In this document: positions 9,281-20,196 of the stretch, piece by piece
Layout: each line of letters starts with the position of its first letter
Position numbering within the stretch: the first letter of the stretch is position 1
From: an uncultured virus (IMG/VR IMGVR_UViG_3300044675_006580)
Lineage: Duplodnaviria > Heunggongvirae > Uroviricota > Caudoviricetes
IMG/VR virus record: IMGVR_UViG_3300044675_006580
DNA length: 64,000 bases
Reading direction: 5' to 3' (one strand)
The notes under the pieces: model-generated
What the model was told of the DNA's origin: nothing
Databases searched by the model: none
The model's input: the letters and a program-made list of their open reading frames with translations, nothing else
Program-made: the position numbers and the translations under genes

Positions 9281-9974
9281 TGATTGGCATGGCAATACTG
9301 TAATCTGTACCGCTGTAACTGGCGGTTATGACTATGCAACAACTCAAGTTGTAATACCTGGTGTAGATTATATATATTTTACAGACGGTCAGTCGGCATT
9401 TAATATCTCCAACCCATGGAATGTTCAATTCCTTCCAGAAATAGACGCTCATTTAGATAATAGAAGAAGATCAAAAAGACCAAAGTTAAATCCGCATTCA
9501 ATAGAAATATTAAATAATTACAAATACTTAATATGGATTGATGGAGAAATTTCTATAACTAATCATAATTTTGTTTCTGAAATTTTATCTTATATGAAGA
9601 ATGGATTTGTAGCATCTCCACACCCAGATGCCTTGGGAAATCCTGGAAGATATTGTGCTTATGGGGAAGCAACTATTAGACCACCAAAGTATGCAAACGA
9701 ACCGCTAGATGCACAGTGTGACTTCTATAGGTCTGAAGGATTCCCAGAAAACTATGGACTGTACGCTTGCGGAGTTTCTGCTAGAGACATGACTAATCCA
9801 AAGGTCAAAGAATTCGGAGAGTTGTGGCATCGCCAGAATCTAGAATGGTCGTATCAAGATCAGGTAAGCTTCCCATATTGTCTATGGAAGACTGGCCTTG
9901 AGATAGACGTACTACCGAATAGCCTTTATAGTATGGGTTGGCTTTCATTAAATATACACACAAGAGAAGAGTAA
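9273..9974 (+). CDS. Glycosyltransferase (DUF616/TOD1-like)
   Basis: CTAVTGGYD, IYFTD, IWIDG and QDQVSFPY motifs. Confidence 0.75.
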   Translation: MIDDWHGNTVICTAVTGGYDYATTQVVIPGVDYIYFTDGQSAFNISNPWNVQFLPEIDAHLDNRRRSKRPKLNPHSIEILNNYKYLIWIDGEISITNHNFVSEILSYMKNGFVASPHPDALGNPGRYCAYGEATIRPPKYANEPLDAQCDFYRSEGFPENYGLYACGVSARDMTNPKVKEFGELWHRQNLEWSYQDQVSFPYCLWKTGLEIDVLPNSLYSMGWLSLNIHTREE

Positions 9975-9976
9975 GA

Positions 9977-10516
9977 ATGGAAAAGTTAAGATTTAACCTT
10001 GGAGGAATCGGAAAAGATGGAGAATATAAGACTGTCAATTTAGCAGAAGTATGTGACATCGACGCTAACATAATGGACCTTGATTCATTCTGTAAAGACG
10101 GAACAGTAGATGAGTTTTATCTATCCCATACTCTTGAACATATCTCTGTTTTAGACTACAAAAAGTTTCTTCTTCATATGAAGCAAAAACTAAAAGATGG
10201 CGGAACGATTAAGATTATTCAAACAGACATAGGTCGACTAATAAAGATGTGGACAGATGGAAAGATAAGCTTTAGAACTATGCGAGCCCCAATATTTACT
10301 CCAGCTACAAGATGTGACTCAAACATACTTCAACAACATCAGAGCATGTGGTCTCAAGAAGAACTAATCAAGGACTTTGATGCTATCGGTATGAAGGCTG
10401 AGGGATTTGACGCAGGATACTGGCAGTACGATGTAGAGGACGACATCATACCAGAAGATACTAAGGAAGATTTTGGTAAGGAAATACCCAATCTTGGCGT
10501 AATTGCTACCAAGTAG
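9977..10516 (+). CDS. SAM-dependent methyltransferase-like protein
   Basis: FNLGG, VDEFYLSHTLEH and LKDGG. Confidence 0.7.
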   Translation: MEKLRFNLGGIGKDGEYKTVNLAEVCDIDANIMDLDSFCKDGTVDEFYLSHTLEHISVLDYKKFLLHMKQKLKDGGTIKIIQTDIGRLIKMWTDGKISFRTMRAPIFTPATRCDSNILQQHQSMWSQEELIKDFDAIGMKAEGFDAGYWQYDVEDDIIPEDTKEDFGKEIPNLGVIATK

Positions 10517-10557
10517 TTTACTATAATCATATACTCAAATTTAAAAGGAGAAATATA

Positions 10558-11088
10558 GTGGCAAGAAAATACACAGGAAACTCAGACGGTGACGGCAAGG
10601 GCGCAAAGCCTGGCACTCAAAAACTAATTGAACTATGCGGAAAGCGTTGGAAGTTCTCCAACCTTGGAGCGTATTCCAATCGCTTGATGCGTAACTCTAA
10701 TACCGCTGGTAAAAAGCTAGGCGACCCTGGTATGGAAAAGTGGCTATCAGTTCATGCAACAGGTCGTGCATGTGACGTTGGATACACAGATCGTAAAGCT
10801 GCAGTTGAAGCTTGGGATTGGTTTCTCAAGTATTCAAAAGAACTTGGGATTGAAGAGATCCATGACTATGCTTTTGATGCTGACAAGGCAGACAAAAATG
10901 TTGGCTACGGTCGTGGCTACCGCTGTTCTCGTGGTGAAGGTTTAAAGGGCGTAAAGAATTACGATGCTAAAGACAACGCAGGTTCATTTGGTGGCAAATG
11001 GCTTCACTTTGAATTATCTCCGGAAATGGCTAATGACGCCGCAAAGTTTGAAGCTGCATGGAGAGCATTGCCAAAGCCAGGCGCATGA
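10558..11088 (+). CDS. Zn peptidase (M15/Hedgehog-like), probable endolysin
   Basis: SVHATGRACD (SxHxxGxAxD) and WLHFE zinc motifs; strong AAAGGAG ribosome-binding site. Confidence 0.7.
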   Translation: MARKYTGNSDGDGKGAKPGTQKLIELCGKRWKFSNLGAYSNRLMRNSNTAGKKLGDPGMEKWLSVHATGRACDVGYTDRKAAVEAWDWFLKYSKELGIEEIHDYAFDADKADKNVGYGRGYRCSRGEGLKGVKNYDAKDNAGSFGGKWLHFELSPEMANDAAKFEAAWRALPKPGA

Positions 11089-11204
11089 TAAGACACGCAA
11101 TAGTCATATTAATATTCTTATCAATGTTTGCAATGCCTGCGGCTTTGATAGCAATAATTTTAGACACAATAAAAGAATCAGAACCTGACTTTGACATTGA
11201 TTAG
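11085..11204 (+). CDS. Small single-TM protein downstream of the endolysin
   Basis: MIRHAIVILIFLSMFAMPAALIAIILD..., ATGA-coupled to the endolysin stop. Confidence 0.45.
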   Translation: MIRHAIVILIFLSMFAMPAALIAIILDTIKESEPDFDID

Positions 11205-11345
11205 TATGATATACTAATCTTCTTGCAACGGAGGCCGGTGCAGAACCCCAGTAGATTAATTTCTTCTGGGGTTCTTCCCTTTTTGGCGGCCGCAAAAAAG
11301 TTAATCAGCCCTTACTATTAGTATTGAACATCGGAGGGCTGACTG

Positions 11346-14300
11346 ATGAGACTAAAACCACGTCGTGGATCATGGATCCTTGTATTATTATTTATTATTG
11401 CTTGGGTTTTTCCAATGACAGCAATTGCTAATGGCAGTTCTGTATCTATACCAAATGCTGGATTTGAAGACGGCACGCTTACTGGCTGGTCTAGAGGATC
11501 GCAAACTGGAACACTTGGCACTTCAATTAACGGTGGCGGAACTGGTGTAACAATATTCAATGGCTCTAGAACATTTACTCATGGCGCAAATGGAGCAATG
11601 GGGAGCCCAACAATTACCAGGGTAATCCCAAACACCTCTCCTGCACAATACGAAACAATCGACAATCCTTACTATGCTTCAGCAGTTGCTGCAGGCAGCT
11701 GGACTTTTTCTCCAAAGGGCGGAACGTATGCTGTTGCCCTGCAGCCAAAAGGTGAGCAAACGTTTACTCAAGCTACTGCAGCACTTGGTCTTTCTGCAAC
11801 TCAAACATCTCAGATAACAACAATGCTGTCGTCACAAGCACAGGCATCTGGTTTTGGCGGTGGCAATCCAACTGATGCAGCATGGATTACTCGTGAAGTT
11901 CAATTAACTGCTGGTATTACATACACAATGTCTTGGAACTATATGGCAACTGACTACGTTCCATTTAATGATGGATCTATTACGTCTCTTGTTCCTGTCA
12001 CCGTTGCGTCGACTCCAGCAATCACAGTTAATAACTTTAATCAGTCGTACGCACTGTTAGGATTTTCTAACCCTGGCACAGGTGACTACTCGACAAACTC
12101 CTACGGTGCTACTGGTTGGCAAGTATCAACATATAAAGTATCTGTTACTGGAACTTATAAATTAGGCTTTACATCGTTCAACTTGGATGACCAAGGATTG
12201 CCACCGGTGCTGATGGTTGATGACCAAATAGGAACAACACTGTCTTGCAATCAATCTGGTGGTTCATGTGCGGTCTTTGGTGGAGTTGAGCCAAACAATG
12301 AAACGGCTCCAACAGCTCCACCGACCACGACAACAACGTCTACCTCGACAACGACCACAACTGTTGCTCCATACTTGAATTCAGTTACGGACCTGACTGC
12401 AACTTCAAACGCAGACGGAAGTGTGGACCTCGACTGGGACGCACCAGCATCAAGCAATGTTGATATCTACGGGTATGCTGTGACCTTCTATGACTTAGAT
12501 GAAATTGGTGGAACACAGTCGGGTGGTTGGGGAGTTTCAACGAACCAAGGAACCAACTACTCCTTAAGTACGGAAATGTTTTCTGGTAGCAATCCTGTCA
12601 CGACAGGTTACGGACCTGTTCGCTTTGGTATTAAGGCGGGAAATCAAAGTTGTTTCTCTAGTGAAGGCGTAGGCCCATGTGTGTATGGACCGGAAATAAC
12701 TGTTGATGCAACAGTTGTCAACCCAAATCCGACCACTACAACAACTACTACGGAACCAGCGGTTGTCCCCCCTCCTGTTGAAACTATTCCAACAGAAAAC
12801 ACTACTGTTCCAATTCCTGAACTAGGGCCAACAGTTACAACGATTTCCCCGCCTACAACAACTGTTATAGAAACAATATTTGAGCCAATAGATACGCCAG
12901 ATAATAATCTAGACCCAGTAACAACTCCAGAAATTGATCCAACTCCAGTTGTTATACCTGAAGATCCAACTCCAGAAATAATAGTTCCTAAAGATACTCA
13001 AGACGCTGCAGACGCTGCTGTTGAAGACATTTTTGATGGACCTATGTCTAACGCAGGAATTGCAGATGCAGTTGATGACTTAGTCGCAGACGCAAAAACA
13101 CCAGAACAACTAACTGCTGTTGTTAGCTCACTTCTAGATCAAGAGCTGTCAGATACTCAGTTTGCTACAGTTATTGAATCGGTGTTTGATGGTCCTATGT
13201 CTAACGAAAACTTTGCGGCAGCTGTAAATACTGTATTCGAGGACCCAACTCAATTATCTGATGCACAGTTTGAAGACGCTGTTACCGCAGTATTTGATGG
13301 TCCACTGTCTGATGCTCAGTTTGATGATGCAGTAGCAGCTATATTTGAGGACACTATAACTCTGAGCAATGAGCAGTTTGATGCTGCAGTGCAGGCAGTC
13401 TTTGAAGAGCCATTATCTACAGAACAGTTCAGTGCTGCATTGGATAACATCTTTGATGAGCCTATTTCAGATGAAAAATTTGATTCTGTTATTGATTCAA
13501 TTTTAGATGCCCCGATATCGAATGAACAGTTTGAAGAACTGGTTGGAGTCTTGGAGTCAGACACCATTACGGAAGATCAGGTCTCGGATGCTGTTGACTC
13601 CGTCATCGAGAATGGTGTTACCGAAGATCAGGCTACCGACCTTGCTACCAGCGAGAAAGTCTTGGAGAGCATTGACACAGATCAGGCAGCTGAAATCTTC
13701 GATGCTATCCCAGTTGGTGACCTGTCCACACAAGAAGAGGCAGCTTTGGTAGCTGCAGTCTCCGATGCCCCAGATGAAATTAAAGATGAATTTGAAACTC
13801 AAATTGACGTCTATGGTGAGGGCCTTGATGACTATGTGCCAACTGGATCTCAGGTAGATGTAGGCTCTCGTAGGACCTTACTGGCTGCTACGGCAGCCCT
13901 ATCAGCAGCTACGGTAGGCATGGGTGCAGGTACTGGGTCATCTGGTCCATCAGGTGGTTCTGGAGGCTCTGGAGGCGGTTCAGGAGGCTCTGGTGGCTCT
14001 GGAGGAGGACCAGGAGATGGAACCAATAGAAATGGTCGCAAGGAAGACGAGAATCCAGACGGCGAAGAAGAGGACACTGAAATAGAGGGTCCGGAAGATC
14101 AAGAAGATAACCACTTCACAAGAAACAGTATATTTAAATACGAGGAGGAAACAATGAAAAGAAGATTTAGTCCTTGGGGCTTTATCAAAAAGTTCTCAAG
14201 AGAGACTTCAGCACTGGCTTTTACCATTTCAAGTAGCGTCGTAGTGTTTGCAACTCTCTCTGGAGAGACTAGAAAAATCACCATCATAGCTACAGGTTGT

Positions 14301-14351
14301 GCATTTGCAGTGCATTATATTCATGCAATGATCAAAAACGATGAGGATTAA
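11346..14351 (+). CDS. Large secreted / membrane-anchored protein (1001 aa)
   Basis: Signal peptide, beta-sandwich-like domain (NAGFEDG), Thr-rich linkers, an FN3-like domain, acidic ~15-aa repeats (FDGPLSDAQF), a Gly/Ser linker and C-terminal TM segments. Confidence 0.75.
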   Translation: MRLKPRRGSWILVLLFIIAWVFPMTAIANGSSVSIPNAGFEDGTLTGWSRGSQTGTLGTSINGGGTGVTIFNGSRTFTHGANGAMGSPTITRVIPNTSPAQYETIDNPYYASAVAAGSWTFSPKGGTYAVALQPKGEQTFTQATAALGLSATQTSQITTMLSSQAQASGFGGGNPTDAAWITREVQLTAGITYTMSWNYMATDYVPFNDGSITSLVPVTVASTPAITVNNFNQSYALLGFSNPGTGDYSTNSYGATGWQVSTYKVSVTGTYKLGFTSFNLDDQGLPPVLMVDDQIGTTLSCNQSGGSCAVFGGVEPNNETAPTAPPTTTTTSTSTTTTTVAPYLNSVTDLTATSNADGSVDLDWDAPASSNVDIYGYAVTFYDLDEIGGTQSGGWGVSTNQGTNYSLSTEMFSGSNPVTTGYGPVRFGIKAGNQSCFSSEGVGPCVYGPEITVDATVVNPNPTTTTTTTEPAVVPPPVETIPTENTTVPIPELGPTVTTISPPTTTVIETIFEPIDTPDNNLDPVTTPEIDPTPVVIPEDPTPEIIVPKDTQDAADAAVEDIFDGPMSNAGIADAVDDLVADAKTPEQLTAVVSSLLDQELSDTQFATVIESVFDGPMSNENFAAAVNTVFEDPTQLSDAQFEDAVTAVFDGPLSDAQFDDAVAAIFEDTITLSNEQFDAAVQAVFEEPLSTEQFSAALDNIFDEPISDEKFDSVIDSILDAPISNEQFEELVGVLESDTITEDQVSDAVDSVIENGVTEDQATDLATSEKVLESIDTDQAAEIFDAIPVGDLSTQEEAALVAAVSDAPDEIKDEFETQIDVYGEGLDDYVPTGSQVDVGSRRTLLAATAALSAATVGMGAGTGSSGPSGGSGGSGGGSGGSGGSGGGPGDGTNRNGRKEDENPDGEEEDTEIEGPEDQEDNHFTRNSIFKYEEETMKRRFSPWGFIKKFSRETSALAFTISSSVVVFATLSGETRKITIIATGCAFAVHYIHAMIKNDED

Positions 14352-14381
14352 GAGAATCAATCATTACTATAGGAGGGTAAA

Positions 14382-14628
14382 TTGAAAACTTTAAATAATA
14401 TTATCTTAAGAATAGTAGCCACATTTGCAGCATCTGGCCTTGGTGTCATAGGTGCTGGTGCTATTGCTGGCGTTCCTATATGGAAAGCCTGCTTCATGGC
14501 TCGGAATGGCTGGTGTAGCTACTGTTATAGAAGGCTTATCTAGAGCATTTCTAGATGATGGAAAGCTTTCTGTGACTGAAATAAATCAAGTTTTTAATAA
14601 GGTTGATAAAAAATCCAAATTAGACTAA
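14382..14628 (+). CDS. Holin-like membrane protein; +1 shift at CGGA 14502-14505
   Basis: AGGAGG ribosome-binding site and TTG start. The joined product is MKTLNNIILRIVATFAASGLGVIGAGAIAGVPIWKACFMA-G-MAGVATVIEGLSRAFLDDGKLSVTEINQVFNKVDKKSKLD. It is absent from the ORF track. Confidence 0.65.
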
Positions 14629-14638
14629 GAGGAAATGA

Positions 14639-16732
14639 ATGCTGGAACCAAATATAACTAGAGGGCAAATAGCAATAGACCCTATAAATGGTGTTTTTTT
14701 CTACAAAGATAATTCTAATACTTTAGTAAGTACAACTTTAAGCTGGCTCCAACAAAACTATACGACTATAAGCACTACCGATGTTGCTACCTTTGGTAGT
14801 GACGTGACCATTACGGGCAACCTTACTGTCAATGGCGACACTGTCAGTGTCAACGTGTCACAACTTCTAGTAGAAGATAACTTTTTAATTCTAAACTCCA
14901 ACGTATCCAGTGCTCCTTCGTTGAATGCTGGACTTGAAGTTGAGAGAGGAACTTCTACAAACGTATCCATTAGATGGAATGAGTCGACAGATAAATGGCA
15001 GTTCACAAATGATGGAACTACTTATCTAGATTTAAGTTCTATCATAGAAAATTCTGTAACCCTTGGCCTACATACTACCGGTGACTATACTAAGAATTTA
15101 GTAGCTGGAACTGGCGTAACTATATCCAATAACTCTGGGGAAGGTGCAACACCTAACATCTCAATTGGTCAAGATGTAGCAACTTCCAGTACTGTAACTT
15201 TTGCTGGAGTTACAGCACCTTTAACTGGCAACGTAACAGGTAACGTAACTGGAAATGTAACAGGCAACGTAACTGGAACAGTATCTGATATTTCTAATCA
15301 TGGAATAAATGCACTCTCTGATGTGACCATAACATCTTCTGCAGATGGTGATTTTTTAAGATGGACAGGATCTGCCTGGGTTAACGATGCTGTTAATTTA
15401 ACTTCCGATACTGTTGGCGATTATGTTAAAAACTTAGTCCAAGGTAATGGACTTACCATCTCTAATAATTCAGGAGAAGGCGCAACTCCTAATATCTCAA
15501 TCGATACTTCAATAGTTCAAACTCGTGTAGCAGATATATCCGATACTGAAATTGGATATTTAAATGGAGTTACTTCAGCAATACAGACACAAATTGATTC
15601 TAAAGCTCCAACTTCTGGTCCAACATTTACCGGAACGACCACTCTTCCTTCAACAACCTCTATTGGAAATGTTTCAGATACTGAAATTGGATACTTGGAT
15701 GGCGTTACTTCGGGAATTCAAGCTCAATTTGATTCTAAAGCTCCAACTGCTAGTCCAACATTTACTGGAATAACAACCCTTCCTTCAACCACATCTATTG
15801 GTGACGTATCATCAACTGAGATTGGATATGTAAATGGTGTAACATCTGCCATCCAAACTCAGTTAGATGCAAAAGCTCCAATTGCTAATCCAACATTTAC
15901 AGGAACCGTTAATGGTATTAGTAAGTCAATGGTTGGACTTGGTTCTGTTGACAACACCGCAGATACTGCTAAGCCTGTATCAACTATACAGCAAACTGCA
16001 TTAGACCTAAAGGCTAACAGTGCAACCCCTACATTTACTGGCATGGCAACTATACCTAAGATTACAGTTGGCGGTATAGAAATAGACACAACAAGCCCAG
16101 CAGATACAAACGTTCTTAAGTACAATGCATCATTAAATAAATATATACCAGGAGTTGCATCTACCGTAGCATCTCTTGATGACTTAACTGATGTCATTAT
16201 CTCTGGGGCAACACCAAATCAAGTTCTTAAATACAACGGAACAAATTGGGTTAATGATGAGGCTCCATCTAGTATTGCTGGAACAACATATTCTATGTTA
16301 ACAACAGAAACCGTCAGTACAGAAGTTGTTGTTACTCACAATCTTTCTACTAGAAATGTAGTTGTCTCATTAACCGAAGAAGCATCACCATATGGAGCAA
16401 TCAGTGCACACTGGGAAGCTACCGATTTAAATACAGTAACAATATATTTTGCTAGCCCTCCTGGATCGTCTGGTATTAGGATAAATGTTTATGCTGCGGT
16501 AACAGGAAGTCAGGCTATATCTTACGCCACTACCATTGGAGATGGGGTGGAGGCAAGCTACGTAATCTCTCACAATCTTGGTACTAGAGATATTATTTTG
16601 CAGGCTAGGAATGTGGTTTCTCCGTATGAATCTTACAACGTAGCTTGGGAAGCCACTACTATTAACACAGCTACAGTATATTTTGACAGTCCGCCAAGCG
16701 AAGATTCTGTAAGAATTAAAGTCATATCTTAA
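14639..16732 (+). CDS. Tail fibre / virion structural protein
   Basis: GNVT repeats, duplicated SDTEIGYLxGVTSxIQxQ units and HNLxTR domains. Confidence 0.75.
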   Translation: MLEPNITRGQIAIDPINGVFFYKDNSNTLVSTTLSWLQQNYTTISTTDVATFGSDVTITGNLTVNGDTVSVNVSQLLVEDNFLILNSNVSSAPSLNAGLEVERGTSTNVSIRWNESTDKWQFTNDGTTYLDLSSIIENSVTLGLHTTGDYTKNLVAGTGVTISNNSGEGATPNISIGQDVATSSTVTFAGVTAPLTGNVTGNVTGNVTGNVTGTVSDISNHGINALSDVTITSSADGDFLRWTGSAWVNDAVNLTSDTVGDYVKNLVQGNGLTISNNSGEGATPNISIDTSIVQTRVADISDTEIGYLNGVTSAIQTQIDSKAPTSGPTFTGTTTLPSTTSIGNVSDTEIGYLDGVTSGIQAQFDSKAPTASPTFTGITTLPSTTSIGDVSSTEIGYVNGVTSAIQTQLDAKAPIANPTFTGTVNGISKSMVGLGSVDNTADTAKPVSTIQQTALDLKANSATPTFTGMATIPKITVGGIEIDTTSPADTNVLKYNASLNKYIPGVASTVASLDDLTDVIISGATPNQVLKYNGTNWVNDEAPSSIAGTTYSMLTTETVSTEVVVTHNLSTRNVVVSLTEEASPYGAISAHWEATDLNTVTIYFASPPGSSGIRINVYAAVTGSQAISYATTIGDGVEASYVISHNLGTRDIILQARNVVSPYESYNVAWEATTINTATVYFDSPPSEDSVRIKVIS

Positions 16733-16756
16733 CACAATAGAATTAGGAAATTTTAG

Positions 16757-17633
16757 ATGGCCCGTATAAAAAATAAAACAGCACCAGAATTTAGCATTTC
16801 ATCACAGCCGGCATTGTTCATGGCTGAAGCACGGAGCTACTCCTAACTTTGTAGAGTTTAGAAACTCTAGCAATCAAGTTGTAACATCTATATCTAATGC
16901 TGGTAACTTAAATGTAAATGGTTTAACTGTAACTGGAGACCTAACAGTAAACGGAACTACAACTACGGTTAATTCGGCTACCTTAACCATAGATGATAAA
17001 AATATTGAATTAGGATCTACTGCTAGTCCGTCTAATAGCACGGCAGATGGTGGAGGTGTAACCCTTAAGGGTGATACCGATAAGACTATTCTATGGGATA
17101 ACTCAGCTACTCCTTCTTGGAACTTAAGTGAAAACTTAAACTTAGCTTCTGCAAAAACTATAAAGATAAACAATACAGATGTTTTAACCGCTTCTAGCAT
17201 CTTGGGGTCAGCAACTAGTGCTAGCATCGGAGCATCGACTGGAACTACAACAGTAAATAATACTTTAGTTGTTCAACAAATTCGTGAAAAAATGAATGAC
17301 AATACTGTCTCAGCTAATGTTATGACATGCGATTTTTCAACTGGAGCAATCTTTTATAATACAACAACTCTATCTGCAAACTTTACAGTTAATACAACTA
17401 ACGTCCCAACAGATAACGGATATGCAATAAGCATAACAGTTATGGTCAATCAGGGTGGTACTGGATACTATCCTAGTGCTTTTCAAATTGCGGGCGCAAG
17501 TCAAACTATCAAGTGGTCAAATGCAAACACTGTACCAACTCCAACCGCAAACAAGATAGATTTATTTACATTTACTTTATTAAGAAGAGGCAGTGCCTGG
17601 ACTGTACTTGGATCTTACAGTCTTAATTACTAA
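16757..17633 (+). CDS. Tail-fibre-associated protein; +1 shift at CGGA 16832-16835
   Basis: ATG 16757 (MARIKNK...MAEA), then a +1 frame open from 16833 to the stop at 17633 (GDLTVNGTTTTVNS, DDKNIELG). Confidence 0.7.
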
Positions 17634-17646
17634 GGAAGACATTTAA

Positions 17647-18902
17647 ATGCCTTTTATATCCTCAGTTGTTTCCAGCAAAGGGCGGAAGACTATTTGGCCT
17701 TGCTGCTAAACCAGGTGCTGTAACATTTGCTAACAACTCATTTGATGTTGTCGAAGGGGATCAGCAAGTAGTTGTAACATTTATACCCCCTGCTTTTAAT
17801 GGACGGAGTACCTATTACTGGCTACAAGTATGCTATTTCAACTTCGGCAGATAACATTACGTATAGTTCTTATGGGGCATACACATCTGCCAGTTTGTCA
17901 TCTGGTACTAGTTTTACTATCACAGGATTAAGTAATGGAACTTATTATAAACTTAAGGTAAGGGCTGTAAATGCTGTTGGCGAAGGTACTGAGTCTGAAG
18001 AAAAAGGCGCATACAAACCTAATATCGCACCCGCAGCAGTTGGTGCTATTACTCTTACTGCTGGAGACTCTACTGATACATTCTCTTGGTCAGCTCCAGC
18101 AAGTAACGGTGCAACAATTACAAAATACGGTTATCAAGTCAGTGCAGACGACGGAGGGAGCTGGTACAGTGCTATTGGTGGAACCCTTAATGGTGAATCA
18201 GAAACTAACAATTTATCTATTGCTCTAGCCACTCAAAATAGTACAAGCTCTTACAAGATAAGAGTAAGAGCCTTCAATAATGGAAGCAATGGTGGTTGGG
18301 GAGCACGCAGCGAAAAATCTACAAATGCAACTGCAGTTTGGGTCAAAGGGGACAGTAACGCTAACTCCTATACGTCTCAAACAGTTACTGATTATGAAGA
18401 ATGTGCGGCGGCGGGATGTTCTACTTGTGGAACACAAACAAGAAGAAAAACTCGTACGAAAGAACAAAGAAAATACAGATGGTATAGAGCTGGATCAACT
18501 GCTGGTGCATATGATGCTGACTGGACAGACTATACATCCTATGCAGCATTCTCAACCCTTAGTTGTGCTGATTACGGAACCTGTAACACCTCCGGTGGAA
18601 CATGGGTTAATATCAATACCACGTTTGATGTTACGGCAGCGTATAATGCAACTGGAGTTTATTGGGCACAAGAAGATGACAGATATGGAAACATATATGT
18701 ATATAATCAGTATAATCAATTTGCAGGATGTTGTCCAAACGCATGTGCATCAGGTGCTTGCGGAACAGGTGGATCAACAGTTGGGTACCTAAGTCCTAGG
18801 CTTTACAATTTAGAGCAGTGTGGCTCAACTGGAAACATCCGTTCAGTAGAGGTAGGATGTGTAGAGGCAATTCTATGCAATAGTGGTGGTGGTGGAAGTT
18901 AA
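17647..18902 (+). CDS. Fibronectin type III domain virion protein with Cys-rich C-terminus; two +1 shifts (CGGA 17683-17686 and 17804-17807)
   Basis: Joined product MPFISSVVSSKG-G-RLFGLAAKPGA...PPAFNG-G-VPITGYKY...ITGLSNGTYYKLKVRAVNAVGEG, a continuous FN3 repeat. Confidence 0.75.
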
Positions 18903-19609
18903 ACTTCTAAATCACTTAGTCTTTGACGTGTAGTTATTTTTGGATATAAAGTCATTTTTTCTCTAAACCAGTCTTGCATTTCTTCAGACATTTGAGGAAA
19001 GCCTTCTACCAATTCTCTATAATCTTCTTGACCTTTTAGGAACTTTGCAAGGTGCATGTCTGGTAGTGAATCTATTTCATCAAATACCCATTGTGGGGTT
19101 TCAAATGTGTCAAAGACCATCTTAGAATAAATAGCCATTGGATGATCTGAATTGAATGGTTCTTCCAACATAAATGACCATTCTCTCATGTTCTTAAATA
19201 ATTCTATTAAAGAATTTCCAAACCACATAGCAGCTGGATAGTTACCATTTTGAATGTGCCAAGCATTGGGTCTAGTTCCGTTGGGAAGATAGTCACAAAA
19301 TCTTACGTATGTTAAACAAAAGTCTGGAGTACAATCTATAATTGGAACACCTGCAGCAACGTTGTGTATGTTAAAGGTAAAGTCATCATAGTATGGTTTT
19401 TCTCCAACGTAAATTCCTTCATTGTGATAAGCTGTATTGATAGTCGGCAGCTCAACATGATACTGTAGGTTGTCACATCTATAGGACTTGGGAACATTTA
19501 CCCCATCAATAATAAAATGTGCTTTATGAAGGATGAATACTCCAGGAGATACAATTTTTGGTTCTCTAAAAACTATCCAGTCCTCAAGAGTATACGCAAT
19601 ATCATACAT
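18899..19609 (-). CDS. Hypothetical protein
   Basis: Long ORF; start placed at MYDIAY. Confidence 0.6.
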   Translation of the reverse strand: MYDIAYTLEDWIVFREPKIVSPGVFILHKAHFIIDGVNVPKSYRCDNLQYHVELPTINTAYHNEGIYVGEKPYYDDFTFNIHNVAAGVPIIDCTPDFCLTYVRFCDYLPNGTRPNAWHIQNGNYPAAMWFGNSLIELFKNMREWSFMLEEPFNSDHPMAIYSKMVFDTFETPQWVFDEIDSLPDMHLAKFLKGQEDYRELVEGFPQMSEEMQDWFREKMTLYPKITTRQRLSDLEV

Positions 19610-19859
19610 TTTCGATCTTACCGATCTTTCCATCTATAATTCGTATGCTTTCACAAATTCTATCTATAACACCCATGAAGTGAAAAGTGTTATGGTTTTC
19701 TGGTTGCTGTTCTGGCATTGTCCAGGTTTCATAGTCGACAGTATCTGGGTCAATATTGGCTCTGATACAAAGGGTGTACAACTCTGCAAACATGGCTCTT
19801 CTCATTTCATTAAGAGCTGTAATTTTATCTTCTGCTGTTAGAAAATCTTCAAATCCCAT
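19602..19859 (-). CDS. Hypothetical protein
   Basis: 85-aa ORF with an AAGGA ribosome-binding site. Confidence 0.55.
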   Translation of the reverse strand: MGFEDFLTAEDKITALNEMRRAMFAELYTLCIRANIDPDTVDYETWTMPEQQPENHNTFHFMGVIDRICESIRIIDGKIGKIENV

Positions 19860-19940
19860 TTTAAATTCCTTTTACTTGAAAGTTGTTTTCTTATATAGTA
19901 TCATATTTTTAAGGTTTTATCACGAGAGTAAGAGGTTTTT

Positions 19941-20186
19941 ATGGGTACAGCATGGGAAGAATGGAAGAAAAAGAACGCTGCAAAGCAAAAACAGGGTATA
20001 GTTTCCCCAATAGATTTTATAAATCCTGCCACAGAGTATGCTTCTGATGAGGAAAAGGATAGAAGATACTCTATATGTCAAGACTGCCCACACCTAACTG
20101 TGGCTAAAACTTGTACCAAATGTGGTTGCTTTATGGTGGCTAAGACTAAATTGCTTAACGCCACCTGTCCAGAAAATAAATGGTAG
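19941..20186 (+). CDS. Small Cys-rich protein
   Basis: RYSICQDC...CTKCGCFM...CPENKW. Confidence 0.65.
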   Translation: MGTAWEEWKKKNAAKQKQGIVSPIDFINPATEYASDEEKDRRYSICQDCPHLTVAKTCTKCGCFMVAKTKLLNATCPENKW

Positions 20187-20196
20187 GTACTTTAAT

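Noticed and set aside
11191..11220. TTGACA sigma-70 promoter
   Set aside because: The best -10 (TATACT) is only 13 nt away, and the hexamer lies inside a small ORF.
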